A stretch of DNA of 63,226 bases, filler included, from Octopus bimaculoides (Eukaryota): the NCBI RefSeq assembly GCF_001194135.2. It is 4 parts of 4 records of this genome, joined end to end, with 100 filler letters (N's around TTAATTAATTAA, not from the genome) between each part and the next. Parts side by side here need not be neighbours in the genome. Positions count along the whole stretch, not along the records: positions 19,597 to 41,565 come from NC_068981.1; 3 more parts are not named here. One strand, written 5' to 3'. The notes under the pieces are model-generated. The model did not search any database. It worked only from the letters and a program-made list of their open reading frames with translations, and was not told the origin of the DNA. Shown here piece after piece: positions 26,410 through 39,592 of this stretch; the stretch's first letter is position 1; each line of letters starts with the position of its first letter. Made by a program: the position numbers and the translations under genes.

Positions 26410-27592
26410 AGAATCGTCCCAAGTATATGCACTTTATTTATAGACTCTGAAAGCATGAAGAGAAAAGTTGATTTTGGNNNNNNNNNNNNNNNNNNNNNNN
26501 NNNNNNNNNNNNNNNNNNNNNNNNNNNNNNNNNNNNNNNNNNNNNNNNNNNNNNNNNNNNNNNNNNNNNNNNNNNNNNNNNNNNNNNNNNNNNNNNNNNN
26601 NNNNNNNNNNNNNNNNNNNNNNNNNNNNNNNNNNNNNNNNNNNNNNNNNNNNNNNNNNNNNNNNNNNNNNNNNNNNNNNNNNNNNNNNNNNNNNNNNNNN
26701 NNNNNNNNNNNNNNNNNNNNNNNNNNNNNNNNNNNNNNNNNNNNNNNNNNNNNNNNNNNNNNNNNNNNNNNNNNNNNNNNNNNNNNNNNNNNNNNNNNNN
26801 NNNNNNNNNNNNNNNNNNNNNNNNNNNNNNNNNNNNNNNNNNNNNNNNNNNNNNNNNNNNNNNNNNNNNNNNNNNNNNNNNNNNNNNNNNNNNNNNNNNN
26901 NNNNNNNNNNNNNNNNNNNNNNNNNNNNNNNNNNNNNNNNNNNNNNNNNNNNNNNNNNNNNNNNNNNNNNNNNNNNNNNNNNNNNNNNNNNNNNNNNNNN
27001 NNNNNNNNNNNNNNNNNNNNNNNNNNNNNNNNNNNNNNNNNNNNNNNNNNNNNNNNNNNNNNNNNNNNNNNNNNNNNNNNNNNNNNNNNNNNNNNNNNNN
27101 NNNNNNNNNNNNNNNNNNNNNNNNNNNNNNNNNNNNNNNNNNNNNNNNNNNNNNNNNNNNNNNNNNNNNNNNNNNNNNNNNNNNNNNNNNNNNNNNNNNN
27201 NNNNNNNNNNNNNNNNNNNNNNNNNNNNNNNNNNNNNNNNNNNNNNNNNNNNNNNNNNNNNNNNNNNNNNNNNNNNNNNNATATATGAATAAAGATAAAA
27301 AAATATAAAAAAGGGTTTTGTATGATCGTGTATAGAGGAATATATTATTTAAAAGAGTTCCAACTCTGTTTTTTATGTTTTATTTATATTCTTATAAAAT
27401 TAATGTGGGATATAGAATATAGAATATATAATATAAATAGTAAAATGAAATGAAATATTGAATGTCTTGTTGAATATATGAAATACTGAGTATTAAATAT
27501 AGACTATAAATTAATTTTATAAGAATATAAATAAAACATAAAAAACAGAGTCGGGACTCTTTTAAATAATATATATATATATATATATATAT

Positions 27593-27990
27593 TACTTGTT
27601 TCAGTCATTAGTCTGCAGCCATATTGGAACACCGCTTTGAAGTATTTAGTCGAAGAGATCGATCCCAATACTTACAATTACCTTTTTTAGCCTGGTACTT
27701 ATTTTATCGGTCACTTTAACCGAACCGCTTGGTTACGGACACGTCAGCAAACAACCACCAGTCATCAAGAGATGGTAGGGGGCAAGCACAATCACAAAGA
27801 CACACACACACACATTTGTATATACGACGTCAGTTTTCCTTTCAGTTTTTATCTTCCAAATAACTCACAAGTCTTTAGTCGACCCGAGTATATAGTAGAT
27901 GACACTTGCCCAAGGTGCCATACTGTAAGACCTAACCTGGAACCATGTGGTTGAAAAGCAAATTCCTTACCATACAACCATGCCTGCGTT
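27593..27990 (-). mobile_element. SINE family B copy
   Basis: Reverse-complement homology to 52881-53262. Confidence 0.8.
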
Positions 27991-29839
27991 GTATGTATAG
28001 ATATACATAAATCCACATTTATATGTTTGTATATACATGCGTCAATATGTGTATTTAAAGATATGCGCGCGTGTACTGTGAGAGAGTGAGTGAGAGAGTG
28101 AGTGAGTGAGTGAGAGAGTGAGTGAAAGAGAGAGTAAGTGAGTGAGAGAGAGAGAGAGTTAAGTTTGTTAAGAAAATCGTTTATTTTAACTTGAATTCAC
28201 ATCAATTTTCAAATTGCTAGGTATTAAACATTATTAATGTCCACTTATTTCGAATAACATCTCAATTCCATCCAATAATGATTCCGTGTCATAAATTATA
28301 TCATATTATTGTGACCTGGCATACACTGAATTAGATTATATATCGCGGCATTGTAATGTATAGCTAAGTTAATATCAATACATCATACATATATATTTTA
28401 TATGCGTGTATGTGTATGTATGTATGTCATTGTTCAGTTTTTTTTTCCAAGATTTCTTGCCAATAGAGAAAGAGCCGGTTTCTAACCTAGGTTCAATGTT
28501 CCTTCATTGGAATTTCAACATCAACAACAGGGTATTTTTGCATGTATGTCTGTCTCTCTGTATGTATGTATGTATGTATGTATGTATGTATGTATGTATG
28601 TATGTATGTGCGCAGATTTGTATAATTTGTTTTGTTTATATTCTCAAGCATATAGTTGCATATCTAAACATGCTCATATGTATGTATGTATTATGTATGC
28701 ATGTATGTATGTATGTATGTATGTATGTATGCATGCATGCATGCATGCATGTATTATGTATGTATGCATGTATGTATGTATCTATGTTTGTATGTATGTA
28801 TGTATTAGCAGTACTCGACGTTATTCGAGTGTTAAATATGTAGAAGCAATAGTATTTTTCAATGAGGTTTAGTGGTAAAAGTAACACTGGATGCGAGGTC
28901 CTTAACTCTTGCAGTGATGGATACAGTATGTCTTTTTGTCACGCTGTCTTGGTAGCTATACCAAGTTACTGAGGAATGGATGACGAACTGGCACACAAAA
29001 TAATAGCAGAGTGGCACCTCATCTTGTAAGAGTACTCAAGACTGCAGCATCTTCCATTGAATCATTCCAGCCTCCAGCCTCCAACAGGTATCTCCTCTAC
29101 AGAGCTTCGCGGAATGTTGCATAAAGAAAGTTTTGAGATTTTAGAATGAAGTTTAACGTGAATGCTGCGGAGATGTCTGATATTTAATTAGGCTATTAAA
29201 ATCCTTCATTTAAAATTCATATCTAAAATAAAAGCGGAAAAGCCGAAATTTCGCATGTAGTTCATAATTTAAATGTCCTTTACGGCTGTTCCAATGGCAT
29301 ATGCATCGTTATTTTATATAATTACCGAAATAGACTTCCTAATTAATACGTGTTGCGCTTCATACACTCCATTGGTTCATAGCCAGCAATTGTAGCTAAT
29401 AGGTAAAATAAATAGTACAAGTATGTTAGAAATAATCTGTCTTGTAATTATATTAAGAGTAATATTAAGTAAAGTTATCTCTCAATCACATGATACGAGA
29501 TACTGCAAAAATAGTCCTGAGCAAATTATATGTTATCCATTTCTTTGGGAGTGAAGAAATTTATGTAGAGGACAATGAAATTATGAACTATATGTGAAAT
29601 TTGTTTTTCTGCTGTTATTCTAAATATCGTACTCTCAGCGATCGTTTTAGCTAATTCTATATATAATAAATGTTCCACAAGGATTTACTGGATTGTAACA
29701 GCGTATTGAGATTGAGCTCTTAATTACTGTAGATATATTTCCATCTTTATACATCAATTCTACACATAGATTTAAATATGTCTTCAGAAGTTAATATGGG
29801 ATTTCAAATGCCACAGTTGATGAAAAATTATTTGTCTTT

Positions 29840-30230
29840 ATCTTTTACTTATCTCAGTCATTTAACTGCGGCCATGACGAGGCAATGACTTGAAATTTTA
29901 GTCGAATGTATCGACCCCAGTACTTATTCTGTCTATCTATTTGCCAAACTGCTATGTTAAGGGGACGTAAACATACCAACACCGGTTGTCAAGCAGTGGT
30001 AGGAGCACAAGCACAGACACAAAGATACACACACATTGATACATATATACATATTTACGACGGACTTCTTTCAGTTTCCGTCTACCAAATCCACTCACAA
30101 AGATTTGGTCGGCTCGGGGCTATAGTAGAAGACACTTGTTCAAGGTGCCACGCGGTGGGACTGAATCAGGAATCATTTGAATTATTTGGTTGAGAAGTAA
30201 GCGTCTCACCATACAGCCACGCCTGCGCCT
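29840..30230 (-). mobile_element. SINE family B copy
   Basis: Reverse-complement homology to 52881-53262. Confidence 0.8.
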
Positions 30231-30404
30231 ACATTATTTATTCAAAATGAAAAATTTTCGTTGTTTTGGATTTAAACTTGTATAGATTCACGTATATAGA
30301 AATCATGCTTACCTATATCGATCTAACAGTATTTGTAACAAAATCGAAAAATAGTTACATTTTTTACACAATATATTTTGACATGATATTTAAAAATGCT
30401 AGAC

Positions 30405-30600
30405 GGCGAGCTAGCAGAATCGTTAGGCGAAATGCTTAGCGGAGTTTCGTCTGCCGTTACGTCTGCCGTTACGTCTGCCGTTACGTCGACCTTCTCTTCT
30501 ATCCTTTCGGGGTCGATTAAATAAGTATCAATTACGCACTGGGGTCGATGTAATCGACTTAATCTCTTTGTCTGTCCTTGATTGTCCCCTCTGTGTTTAG
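30405..30600 (+). mobile_element. Internally deleted SINE family A copy with a local 11-nt triplication (GTCTGCCGTTA)
   Basis: Homologous to 44619-44855; the B-box region is replaced by the tandem units. Confidence 0.75.
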
Positions 30601-31153
30601 GAATTCAGGAATACTAACTATTTTTTCTTTTCTTCGTTTAAAAAATCTGATCTTCGAAACCCTAGTACGCAGTTTCAAATACCAAGGAAGATAGAAATAA
30701 TTCATTCTTTCATTATTTCAGGTGTTATGCCCTATGTATGAGACAGTTTCCTTTAATAAATTTGAAATATACTCAAACAATATAAAAATTAATAGCCCGA
30801 TTTAGCAACCCATAAAATGTTTGAGGTATATACAAATATGAATTAAAATCAATGAAAGAATAAATTATATTTTATTTTCCATCGTACTTGAAACCATGCA
30901 TACAAGATTCTTTTTAATGAGGAATTTTAATAGATTCAACATTCCAGCGTTCGGTCTATGTATGTTTGATTTATATGAGGCGCGGGATAAAGTATATGTG
31001 AGTGATTGACCGAAAGAGGGGTTAAAGATAGATGGTTAAAGAAGTGATAAGCTGACAGCGTTTCTATACTCTTGCTTAATGACTACATCATTATAACTTT
31101 TAGTCTTTCTCTCCCCTTTTCTATTCTCTCTTTCTCTCTCTCTTTCTCTCTCA

Positions 31154-31211
<58 letters not shown>

Positions 31212-31739
31212 NNNNNNNNNNNNNNNNNNNNNNNNNNNNNNNNNNNNNNNNNNNNNNNNNNNNNNNNNNNNNNNNNNNNNNNNNNNNNNNNNNNNNNNNN
31301 NNNNNNNNNNNNNNNNNNNNNNNNNNNNNNNNNNNNNNNNNNNNNNNNNNNNNNNNNNNNNNNNNNNNNNNNNNNNNNNNNNNNNNNNNNNNNNNNNNNN
31401 NNNNNNNNNNNNNNNNNNNNNNNNNNNNNNNNNNNNNNNNNNNNNNNNNNNNNNNNNNNNNNNNNNNNNNNNNNNNNNNNNNNNNNNNNNNNNNNNNNNN
31501 NNNNNNNNNNNNNNNNNNNNNNNNNNNNNNNNNNNNNNNNNNNNNNNNNNNNNNNNNNNNNNNNNNNNNNNNNNNNNNNNNNNNNNNNNNNNNNNNNNNN
31601 NNNNNNNNNNNNNNNNNNNNNNNNNNNNNNNNNNNNNNNNNNNNNNNNNNNNNNNNNNNNNNNNNNNNNNNNNNNNNNNNNNNNNNNNNNNNNNTGTGTG
31701 TGTGTGTGTGTGTGTATGTGCGTGTGTGTATGTGTGTGT

Positions 31740-31782
<43 letters not shown>

Positions 31783-31794
31783 AACTTTGATAAC

Positions 31795-32030
31795 TTTGAT
31801 AGCTTTCGGCCAGAACTTAATAGCACCATCTAGTGAAGTCTCTTAGTCATATATGGGGCACCATGGCAAAGAGTTATTATTGTTGGAGACATATCCAGGT
31901 GTAGGAGGTCGGTCCGAGATTTTTTGAAGAAATTTGTCCAGTGAACATTTGAATTTTATGGGATCCGTTTCCGTTTTGACGTATTTTGATACGGTATTAA
32001 AGAGAGCTGAACCGGTTGAGGTAAAGTAAT
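31795..32030 (-). mobile_element. 3' end of a CR1/L2-like LINE
   Basis: Minus strand TGSALFNTVSKYVKTETDPIKFKCSLDKFLQKISDRPPTPGY is paralogous to the 41775-42008 ORF; shares the 3' UTR motif GGTGCTATTAAGTT. Confidence 0.75.
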
Positions 32031-32034
32031 TGTT

Positions 32035-33010
32035 TTAAATTTAGTTAAAAGCATTAGTAAGAGAATTTCTAGCCTCTCATTCCGATATAAACATATTTAA
32101 TAATGTTGCCCCAATATTTAATAAATCTCTTAAAGATAGTGGTTTTAGTAAGGAAATAACCTATACACCTGTTATTAGTCCAGAAATAATGAAAAGAAAG
32201 CATAGGAATAGGAACATTATCTAGTTCACACCGCCTTACTCCCCTAAAGTGACCTTTAATATAGGTAAATATTTCTTATCACTTATAGATAGGCATTTTC
32301 CAATTAATCATAAGTATAGGAAGCTCTTTAATAGGAATAACCTAAAAATTAGTTTTAGTTCAACCACTAACTTTAAAAATATAATTGCATACAACACACA
32401 AAAAGAACATGAAGCCGGCTGTTCCTGCAGTGATAAAAATTTTTGCCCGCTAAATGGAGCTTGCATTACCGAGACCATCATTTATGAAGCCACTGTAGAC
32501 TGTACCACTACTAAGGACACAGTTTCTCCAAAGAAATATGTGGGTCTCACAGAGGGTAATTTTAAGGCCAGGTTCAAAAATCACACCTTAAGCTTCAGGC
32601 ACTGGGATAAAAGAAAAACAACCAAATTATCTCGTTATATATGGTCCTTAAAAGAACAAGGTGTCAGATATAAGATTCACTGGAAGATCTTGGCCAAGTG
32701 TAAACTTTACATCAACGGCAGTGGAAGGTGCGGTCTTTGTGATATGGAAAGATGGCTCATCCGGAAAAGTTCTTTAGACCCCGCTATATGTCTAAATTCA
32801 AGAATTGAACTTTTGGGGTCATGTCCGCATATGGCAAAACATTTGTTACGTTTTTGGGCTCCCCAAGATCACAGATAGAACCTGCTTTTTATATTTTTAT
32901 ATTATGTCCACGTACAAGCCTTTCCTATGCCTTAACATTTCTTATATATTTTGTTATACATATTTTATTGCTTTATATATATTTTCTGTATATTCTTTTC
33001 CCTCTTTTAT
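32035..33010 (+). mobile_element. Penelope-like element 3' part: RT thumb remnant and C-terminal GIY-YIG endonuclease
   Basis: FTPPYS...NIGKYFLSLIDRHFP, CSC...CPLNGAC linker, IIYEATV...KYVGLTEGNFKARFKNH (GIY-YIG), CGLCDME and CPH; open from 32249 to 32878. Confidence 0.9.
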
Positions 33011-33219
33011 AATTGTGTGACTATATACGCGTATAGTATTTGTATGTATCAGTCTATGCCAAATGTGTATGTATGTGCATGTGTACATGTGTAAGTATGC
33101 ATGTATATAGACGAGTGTAAGACTATCCGTTCTACTAGTTTCCTTTCTTCATACATATATGTATGTATATACGTTTGTATATCTGCAGGTGTAGATGTGT
33201 TTGACAGACAGGAGGGTGC

Positions 33220-33263
<44 letters not shown>

Positions 33264-33735
33264 CCCTATACATACATAACTCATATGCATATAAGTTTTG
33301 CTGCGAATGTGAATGTGTTTACGATTTATGTTTTTTGCGTATGTGTTTTTATTTGTATAAAGTTTATATATCTACGCGAGGATATTTATTTGTATAAAGT
33401 CTATATATCTACGTATGTGTGTGTGTATATTTGTACATATATATGGATATTCAGGGTTTTGTATACCCGCGTATGTACTTGGCTGTGCGTATAGAGATGT
33501 GTACATGAACGCAGTGATGTGTGTGCATGGGCACATATACGTGTGTATGTGCGTGTATACATGTATATATGTGTGTATGCTTACATGTGTATAGATATAG
33601 ATATATGCATATATATGTGTGTATATATATATATATGTACACGTGTGTATGTGAGTATGTATATAAATTTATATATATACAGCCCCGACATCCGAAGCTC
33701 TGAGTTTTATTATATGTATTATAATNNNNNNNNNN

Positions 33736-33783
<48 letters not shown>

Positions 33784-34484
33784 TTGTTTATATATACTAT
33801 AGAAAGAAGTATAAGATGGAGTAAGAAATAGCTTACTGAAAGAAGGGACAATTATCGTAATAATAATGATAATTATCCTAATAATAATAATATGAATGTG
33901 CTACAAAAGATGAAGCAGCTCGTATAAACAGGTAATCTGTATATAGAACGGTGGAAAACTGAACGCTAAAAAAATGCGAAATGATGAAAACAATAGCGAG
34001 AGATATTAGAAAATAAGTGGTAAGATTAAAATGTAAATAAAAATGAATCAAATATAAAGAATCAAAGATAAATAAGGAATCAAATAATGGAGACTAAGAA
34101 AATAAGAAGAATAAACAGCTCTATAGCGTGAAAATGTGGAGTAAATAGTGCTCTCGGAAGAGATGAGATAGACAGACAATTACAAGAATGTGGTAAATGC
34201 TAAAAGTTGTTAAGAAGTTAACAGTGTGTTATAGGTTTTACCAGATGAGAAAATGGAGTAATGTGTGGCTGGAGTTTAGCAAGATAGTAACGTAATTTAT
34301 GACAGACAGAATAAAACGTGAGGTAGAACAGAAAGAAGAGAAGAATAAGAGGAGAGAAGAATAAGAAGAGAGAAGAATAAGAGGAGAGAAGAAGGAAAGG
34401 GGGAGGAGAAAAACTAGAGCTCATTACAGGTGAGGAGAATGGTTGAGGAGGCCGAAAAGATGTCTATCTCGACCTGCAAATACA

Positions 34485-34705
34485 TAAACTGGCACTCCGT
34501 CGGTTACGAAGACAAGGGTTCCTGCTCGTGAAATTAATGTGCAAGTGACTGAGCACTCCACAAACATGTGTACCCTTAACGTAGTTCTCAAGGAGATTCA
34601 ACGTGACTCAGAGTGTGGCAAGGCTGGCTCTTGTGAATTACAGATACAACTCATTTTTTGCCAGTTGAATAGACTATAGCACACAACGCGTCGCCGGGAA
34701 TTGAA
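34485..34705 (-). mobile_element. Partial SINE sharing the family C/D tail
   Basis: GGCACTCCGTCG...GTGAAATTAATGTGCAAGTG...GTACCCTTAACGTAGTTCTC is shared with 50233-50620 and 57315-57618. Confidence 0.75.
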
Positions 34706-35121
34706 CCACATAAACTTCATAAAATACCTGAAATAAGTAAAAGTAGGACCATACTACCAAGTCATACTTGCTTGCGAGTGTCGGCCGTGTTACTTTTTTC
34801 TTTCTTCTTTTTTATATTAATTGAAATTTCAATAAAATACCTATAATATCGACAATAAATCTCTTCACTCATGTTTCAAAGTTAAAATTTCCCTACCGAC
34901 CGATACTTTATATTATAGGATTCAGGCACAAACATTCAAAAATGTCTATTTATATTCAACTTTATTGAGAATGCAGAAGAATTTGTAGAATGATATTCTC
35001 TATAAACAGATAATTATGTTTGAGAATATCGAATATCAAAGCCATCGTAAGTGGGTATAAAAATAGATATGATAAATTGATACTTTAATATTCCAGTGTT
35101 TTTTGTTTCTTTCTTTTTCAG

Positions 35122-35163
35122 GGGTTTTTTGTGGCGCTGCTTTTCTGTTTTTTGAATAGTGAG
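35122..35163 (+). CDS. 42-nt exon of the same class B1 GPCR (TM7)
   Basis: Strong pyrimidine tract and CAG acceptor, GAG|GTAAGC donor; encodes GFFVALLFCFLNSE in phase 0-0. Joins the upstream exon to give NSLQ|GFFVALLFCFLNSE, the class B TM7 signature. Confidence 0.95.
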
Positions 35164-35924
35164 GTAAGCTTTACACATTCTTTTATCCTTTGTTAGCCTC
35201 ATCTCCTTATCTCTTACTAAATATGAACATATATACGTATTTGTATCTACATACATAAAAACACACACACCACCACATACACACACACCACCACATACAC
35301 ACACTCACACACATATATATATGTTTATGTATATATACATATACATACAAAAATATACATATATATTTATATATATGTATATATATTTATATATATATAT
35401 ATTTATATATATATTTATATATCTATTTATATATATATATATNNNNNNNNNNNNNNNNNNNNNNNNNNNNNNNNNNNNNNNNNNNNNNNNNNNNNNNNNN
35501 NNNNNNNNNNNNNNNNNNNNNNNNNNNNNNNNNNNNNNNNNNNNNNNNNNNNNNNNNNNNNNNNNNNNNNNNNNNNNNNNNNNNNNNNNNNNNNNNNNNN
35601 NNNNNNNNNNNNNNNNNNNNNNNNNNNNNNNNNNNNNNNNNNNNNNNNNNNNNNNNNNNNNNNNNNNNNNNNNNNNNNNNNNNNNNNNNNNNNNNNNNNN
35701 NNNNNNNNNNNNNNNNNNNNNNNNNNNNNNNNNNNNNNNNNNNNNNNNNNNNNNNNNNNNNNNNNNNNNNNNNNNNNNNNNNNNNNNNNNNNNNNNNNNN
35801 NNNNNNNNNNNNNNNNNNNNNNNNNNNNNNNNNNNNNNNNNNNNNNNNNNNNNNNNNNNNNNNNNNNNNNNNNNNNNNNNNNNNCTCCGACAGGGGATAG
35901 TGGTGAACCCTGCTGTGCACGTCT

Positions 35925-36466
35925 CTATTTTGCATTGGTGAGTAGGTTTTTTAGGGATTTGGGTTGTCTTTTGCTTTTTATTATTTTATGGGTTGCGAGT
36001 ACTTTTTTTAGACGTGGGTCTTGATTCAGCAGTGGGATGTTCTTGTATATAATTGTGTAAGCTTCTGCATTTCTTGGATTGTGTGTTGAGAGATATAGGA
36101 GACTATTTAATGTGCCGTGAGTGTGTTTCGCTTTTCGCAAGTCTTGGGTAGCAATTGTCTTAGCCCTTTCTATTCCATTGTTAACTAATGATGCTGGGTA
36201 ATGTCTTTCGAGAAGAATTCGCTTTAGTTCTTGGACTCTTTTATTTCGTGTTCTATAATTTGAGACAATTGTACAGATTTAAAATAGCAAACATTCCCTA
36301 GCTACACACAAGAGAGAAAACATGTCAAAAAGACAGGTCAGTTCCTCTCCAAAGGAAAGAAAATAAAGAGGATTTCACGTTTCGAGCAGAGCTCTTCCTC
36401 AGAAATATAGGAAAAGTCCAAAGAAGGGAAGATGGAGGAAGAAGATCGCCAACGATACACACGCAG

Positions 36467-36470
<4 letters not shown>
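35925..36470 (-). mobile_element. Penelope-like element fragment (RT C-terminal region) preceded by a pLTR-like segment carrying a hammerhead-like motif
   Basis: Minus strand ICTIVSNYRTRNKRVQELKRILLERHYPASLVNNGIERAK...STHNPRN...IIKSKRQPKSLKNLLTNAK; hammerhead-like motif at 36372-36406. Confidence 0.8.
36372..36406 (-). ncRNA. Degenerate minimal type I hammerhead ribozyme motif
   Basis: ATTT-CTGAGGA-A-GAGC(TCT)GCTC-GAAAC-GTG-AAAT: core and stems I/II are present, but the cleavage triplet is GUG, predicted inactive. Confidence 0.6.
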
Positions 36471-36557
<87 letters not shown>

Positions 36558-38247
36558 ATACAGTGTTGGTGTATTTGGAAGTATTGTTAGTATTATTTCT
36601 TGTAGTTACAGCTACTTTACATTCAGTTAATTAAAGTTACAATACTTACATTCCGTTAATTAAAGTTTCATGCTTGAAAGTAATCTTTGGACAGAAGTAA
36701 CTGCCAGAAGTAATTACTAAACTGTCGTTTGTTATAATATTTTTGTGACATCGTGTGGAGAACAGCAAGTTACTTACATCCGATGTTGGGGTAACTTCCT
36801 GCATGGCAGCAATTTATATTCCTTATCACAATTTGCTTAAAATACCCTGTTAATATTTGTCAAGTAATATTTATTCACATGTCTTCAATTGTTCTTGTTT
36901 AAAAACGATTGACCCTTCAACAGAATTGGCTATTTACTTTGTTGCAGAAATTTTACATCATGTGCTGTTGATATTTTTATTACTAAATGCCAATATAGAC
37001 AATGGTACTTGAAAGTTCTTGACACAAAACTCTTTTAATGGCCACATGTATTTACAAATGACGGTAGCTTTTCTCTTAATTCTGTATTTCAAATTTGAAT
37101 TTATGGCTTAGATAACTTTTTCCGAAAAATTCTTTCAGATATTACAATCTGTGATGCATTTTATACACTGTTGGTCCTGTAACATAAGGTGTTTCGATGC
37201 AATTTTTCTTTGCTTTTTTTTATTTTGGCTTGTTTTTGTTTCTGTTTTTTTTTTTTGTTTGTTTGTTTTTTTGCATTTCCGTGCGAGAAAACATATCGCT
37301 CTCGAAACTGCATGGATATCACTAAACATCTGCTGCATGATGTCTCAAAAGGGCTATAACAGGCAAATCTTAACGGACCTGAGCAAGGACAGAAAAGCGT
37401 GTGTGTGTGTGTGTGTGTGTGCGTGCGTGTGTTCAAACGGAAAACGTTCAAATACTCTATTGTAATCCAAGGTATGGCTAACCGCAACGAATGATAAGGA
37501 TTATTCGAGGTAAAACAATCATCCGGTGAGTAAATCCTGAGTTCGCTTCTTTGGATTATAAACAGTTTACAGAGTGTAGTATGGCCAAAACAATTCAATC
37601 AATAAGGAGAATAATACATCTACGCATTTTTTATTATTACATTCATTCATTCAGTATATTTAATTTAAATCTCTCCGACACGTGTTTCTGCTGCATGGAT
37701 ATCTCGCAGTGTAGTTTTCATTCGCATCCAGTTTGTTCATCTGATTAAGAGTCTATGCAGCTTTATTCAAGGTGATGCACACTGCTGTGGCTTGAAGCGA
37801 GCAAAAAGTATATTAGTTTAGGTGGTATTATATTTGATAAGAGACGGCATTTTTTGAGTTCAAAGGATTTAAAAGGAGCATTTAGAAACTTGAAATTCCA
37901 ATACAAACATTTAGCAGGATGACCCTGTGATAACCCTAAAGTTTGAAATTCGAATCTTGAATACCAGGTCTTAAATTAGGCCAGAAGTTATTTCGTTCAC
38001 TAGCCTTAATGGAAGTAAAAATGAAAAAATATTAGAGATAGAAGTGAACAATTAAGGGTCACTAAGTCAAATATAATTTACACGTAAAAAACCATCCTCG
38101 GGGATAGAGAATATACAACAAAGAATAAAGTATTTCAAATGTGAAATTTTACATACAAAGAATACAAATTATTTGGATAAGAGTTATTGCTAGAATACAG
38201 GTAAACTTGATATTGCACTAAAGTTCCCGGATTAGTTCTATAGCGCA

Positions 38248-38263
38248 CCAACAGATGGCAGCA
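38248..38263 (+). promoter_or_regulatory. Candidate CTCF-like motif
   Basis: CCAACAGATGGCAGCA closely fits the CTCF core consensus and lies in a short GC-richer patch; motif match only. Confidence 0.3.
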
Positions 38264-38554
38264 CACGGTTGCGTACCTAGCAGTGACCTTCATGAGGCAG
38301 TGTTCCGCGTGACTCGCTGTAAAGCTCAATTTAATTTTATTTTTTTATAAATTGATTTTAATTGAGTTTTTACCTGTAATTTTGGATTTTGTCCCTAATA
38401 TTATTATATANNNNNNNNNNNNNNNNNNNNNNNNNNNNNNNNNNNNNNNNNNNNNNNNNNNNNNNNNNNNNNNNNNNNNNNNNNNNNNNNNNNNNNNNNN
38501 NNNNNNNNNNNNNNNNNNNNNNNNNNNNNNNNNNNNNNTATATATATATATATG

Positions 38555-38597
<43 letters not shown>

Positions 38598-38922
38598 CGA
38601 ATACATACTCGCATACATACGTGTTGGCAATGAAATAACATCCGCTTGTCAACTTTTTACTATTACGTAAATGAATTTTACTATTTGCAGTCTTGCTCAC
38701 ATTTTAATAAGTAGTTTCCACTGCTATATTTCGGCATCATGATAGTACAAGGTAAGTGTATCCTGGTAAGTCAAAAATACGACGCAACTACTCTGAGCGA
38801 TCCTCATCTAAAACTACCAAAACTAAGATTTAATGATGAGGCCTAATTCCCTGCGAGAGTGTTTAATAGATATATTAATATTCATATGAATCGTGATTCA
38901 CATTGTAGCGGTACTCTGGTAT

Positions 38923-38962
<40 letters not shown>

Positions 38963-38980
38963 CATACATACATACATACA

Positions 38981-39012
<32 letters not shown>

Positions 39013-39234
39013 AACAAACAAAATTTTTCAAAATTTAATTTGTTTTTCTTTACATCTGTTTCTTTAGCTTCAGTGCAAGTTGTTCTATCTCTTGTAGTGC
39101 AGAAGATAAAGTATTCGAACCCTCGATTAAAATATTACTAAATTTGTAGCCACTACAGGACTTTAAAACGAAGTCCACTCTCAGCACTTTAGTAAAGCAT
39201 GCAATAAAAATTAAAATATTGGAAATAATGATAA

Positions 39235-39592
39235 CCCTTTCTATTATTGGCACAAGGCCTGAAATTTGGAGTGAGAAGACTAGGCAATTACTACGAACCT
39301 AGTGTTTGAATGATACTTGCTGTATAGAAAGGATGAAAAGCAAAGTCAACCTCGATGGAATTTGAACTCAAAATATAAAGACGGACGAAACGCTGCATGG
39401 CATTTTCCCGCCGTTCTAACGATTCTGCCCGCTCACCGCTTTAATAATAATCAGCATTACTTGGAACTGCACGCATATTGTGTTATGTACTGTCTGAGGT
39501 CCTTGTTGTGACTTGACAGGAAGTACAAATCCCGGTAGACACAATATCTTCAATCAACAACATCACGATATTGGATACTCTGTGACATCTTA

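Noticed and set aside
38692-38752. Exon-like segment with TTTGCAG acceptor and AAG|GTAAGT donor
   Set aside because: All three frames from the acceptor contain stops, and there is no class B helix-8 similarity; a non-coding or poison exon cannot be excluded without RNA data
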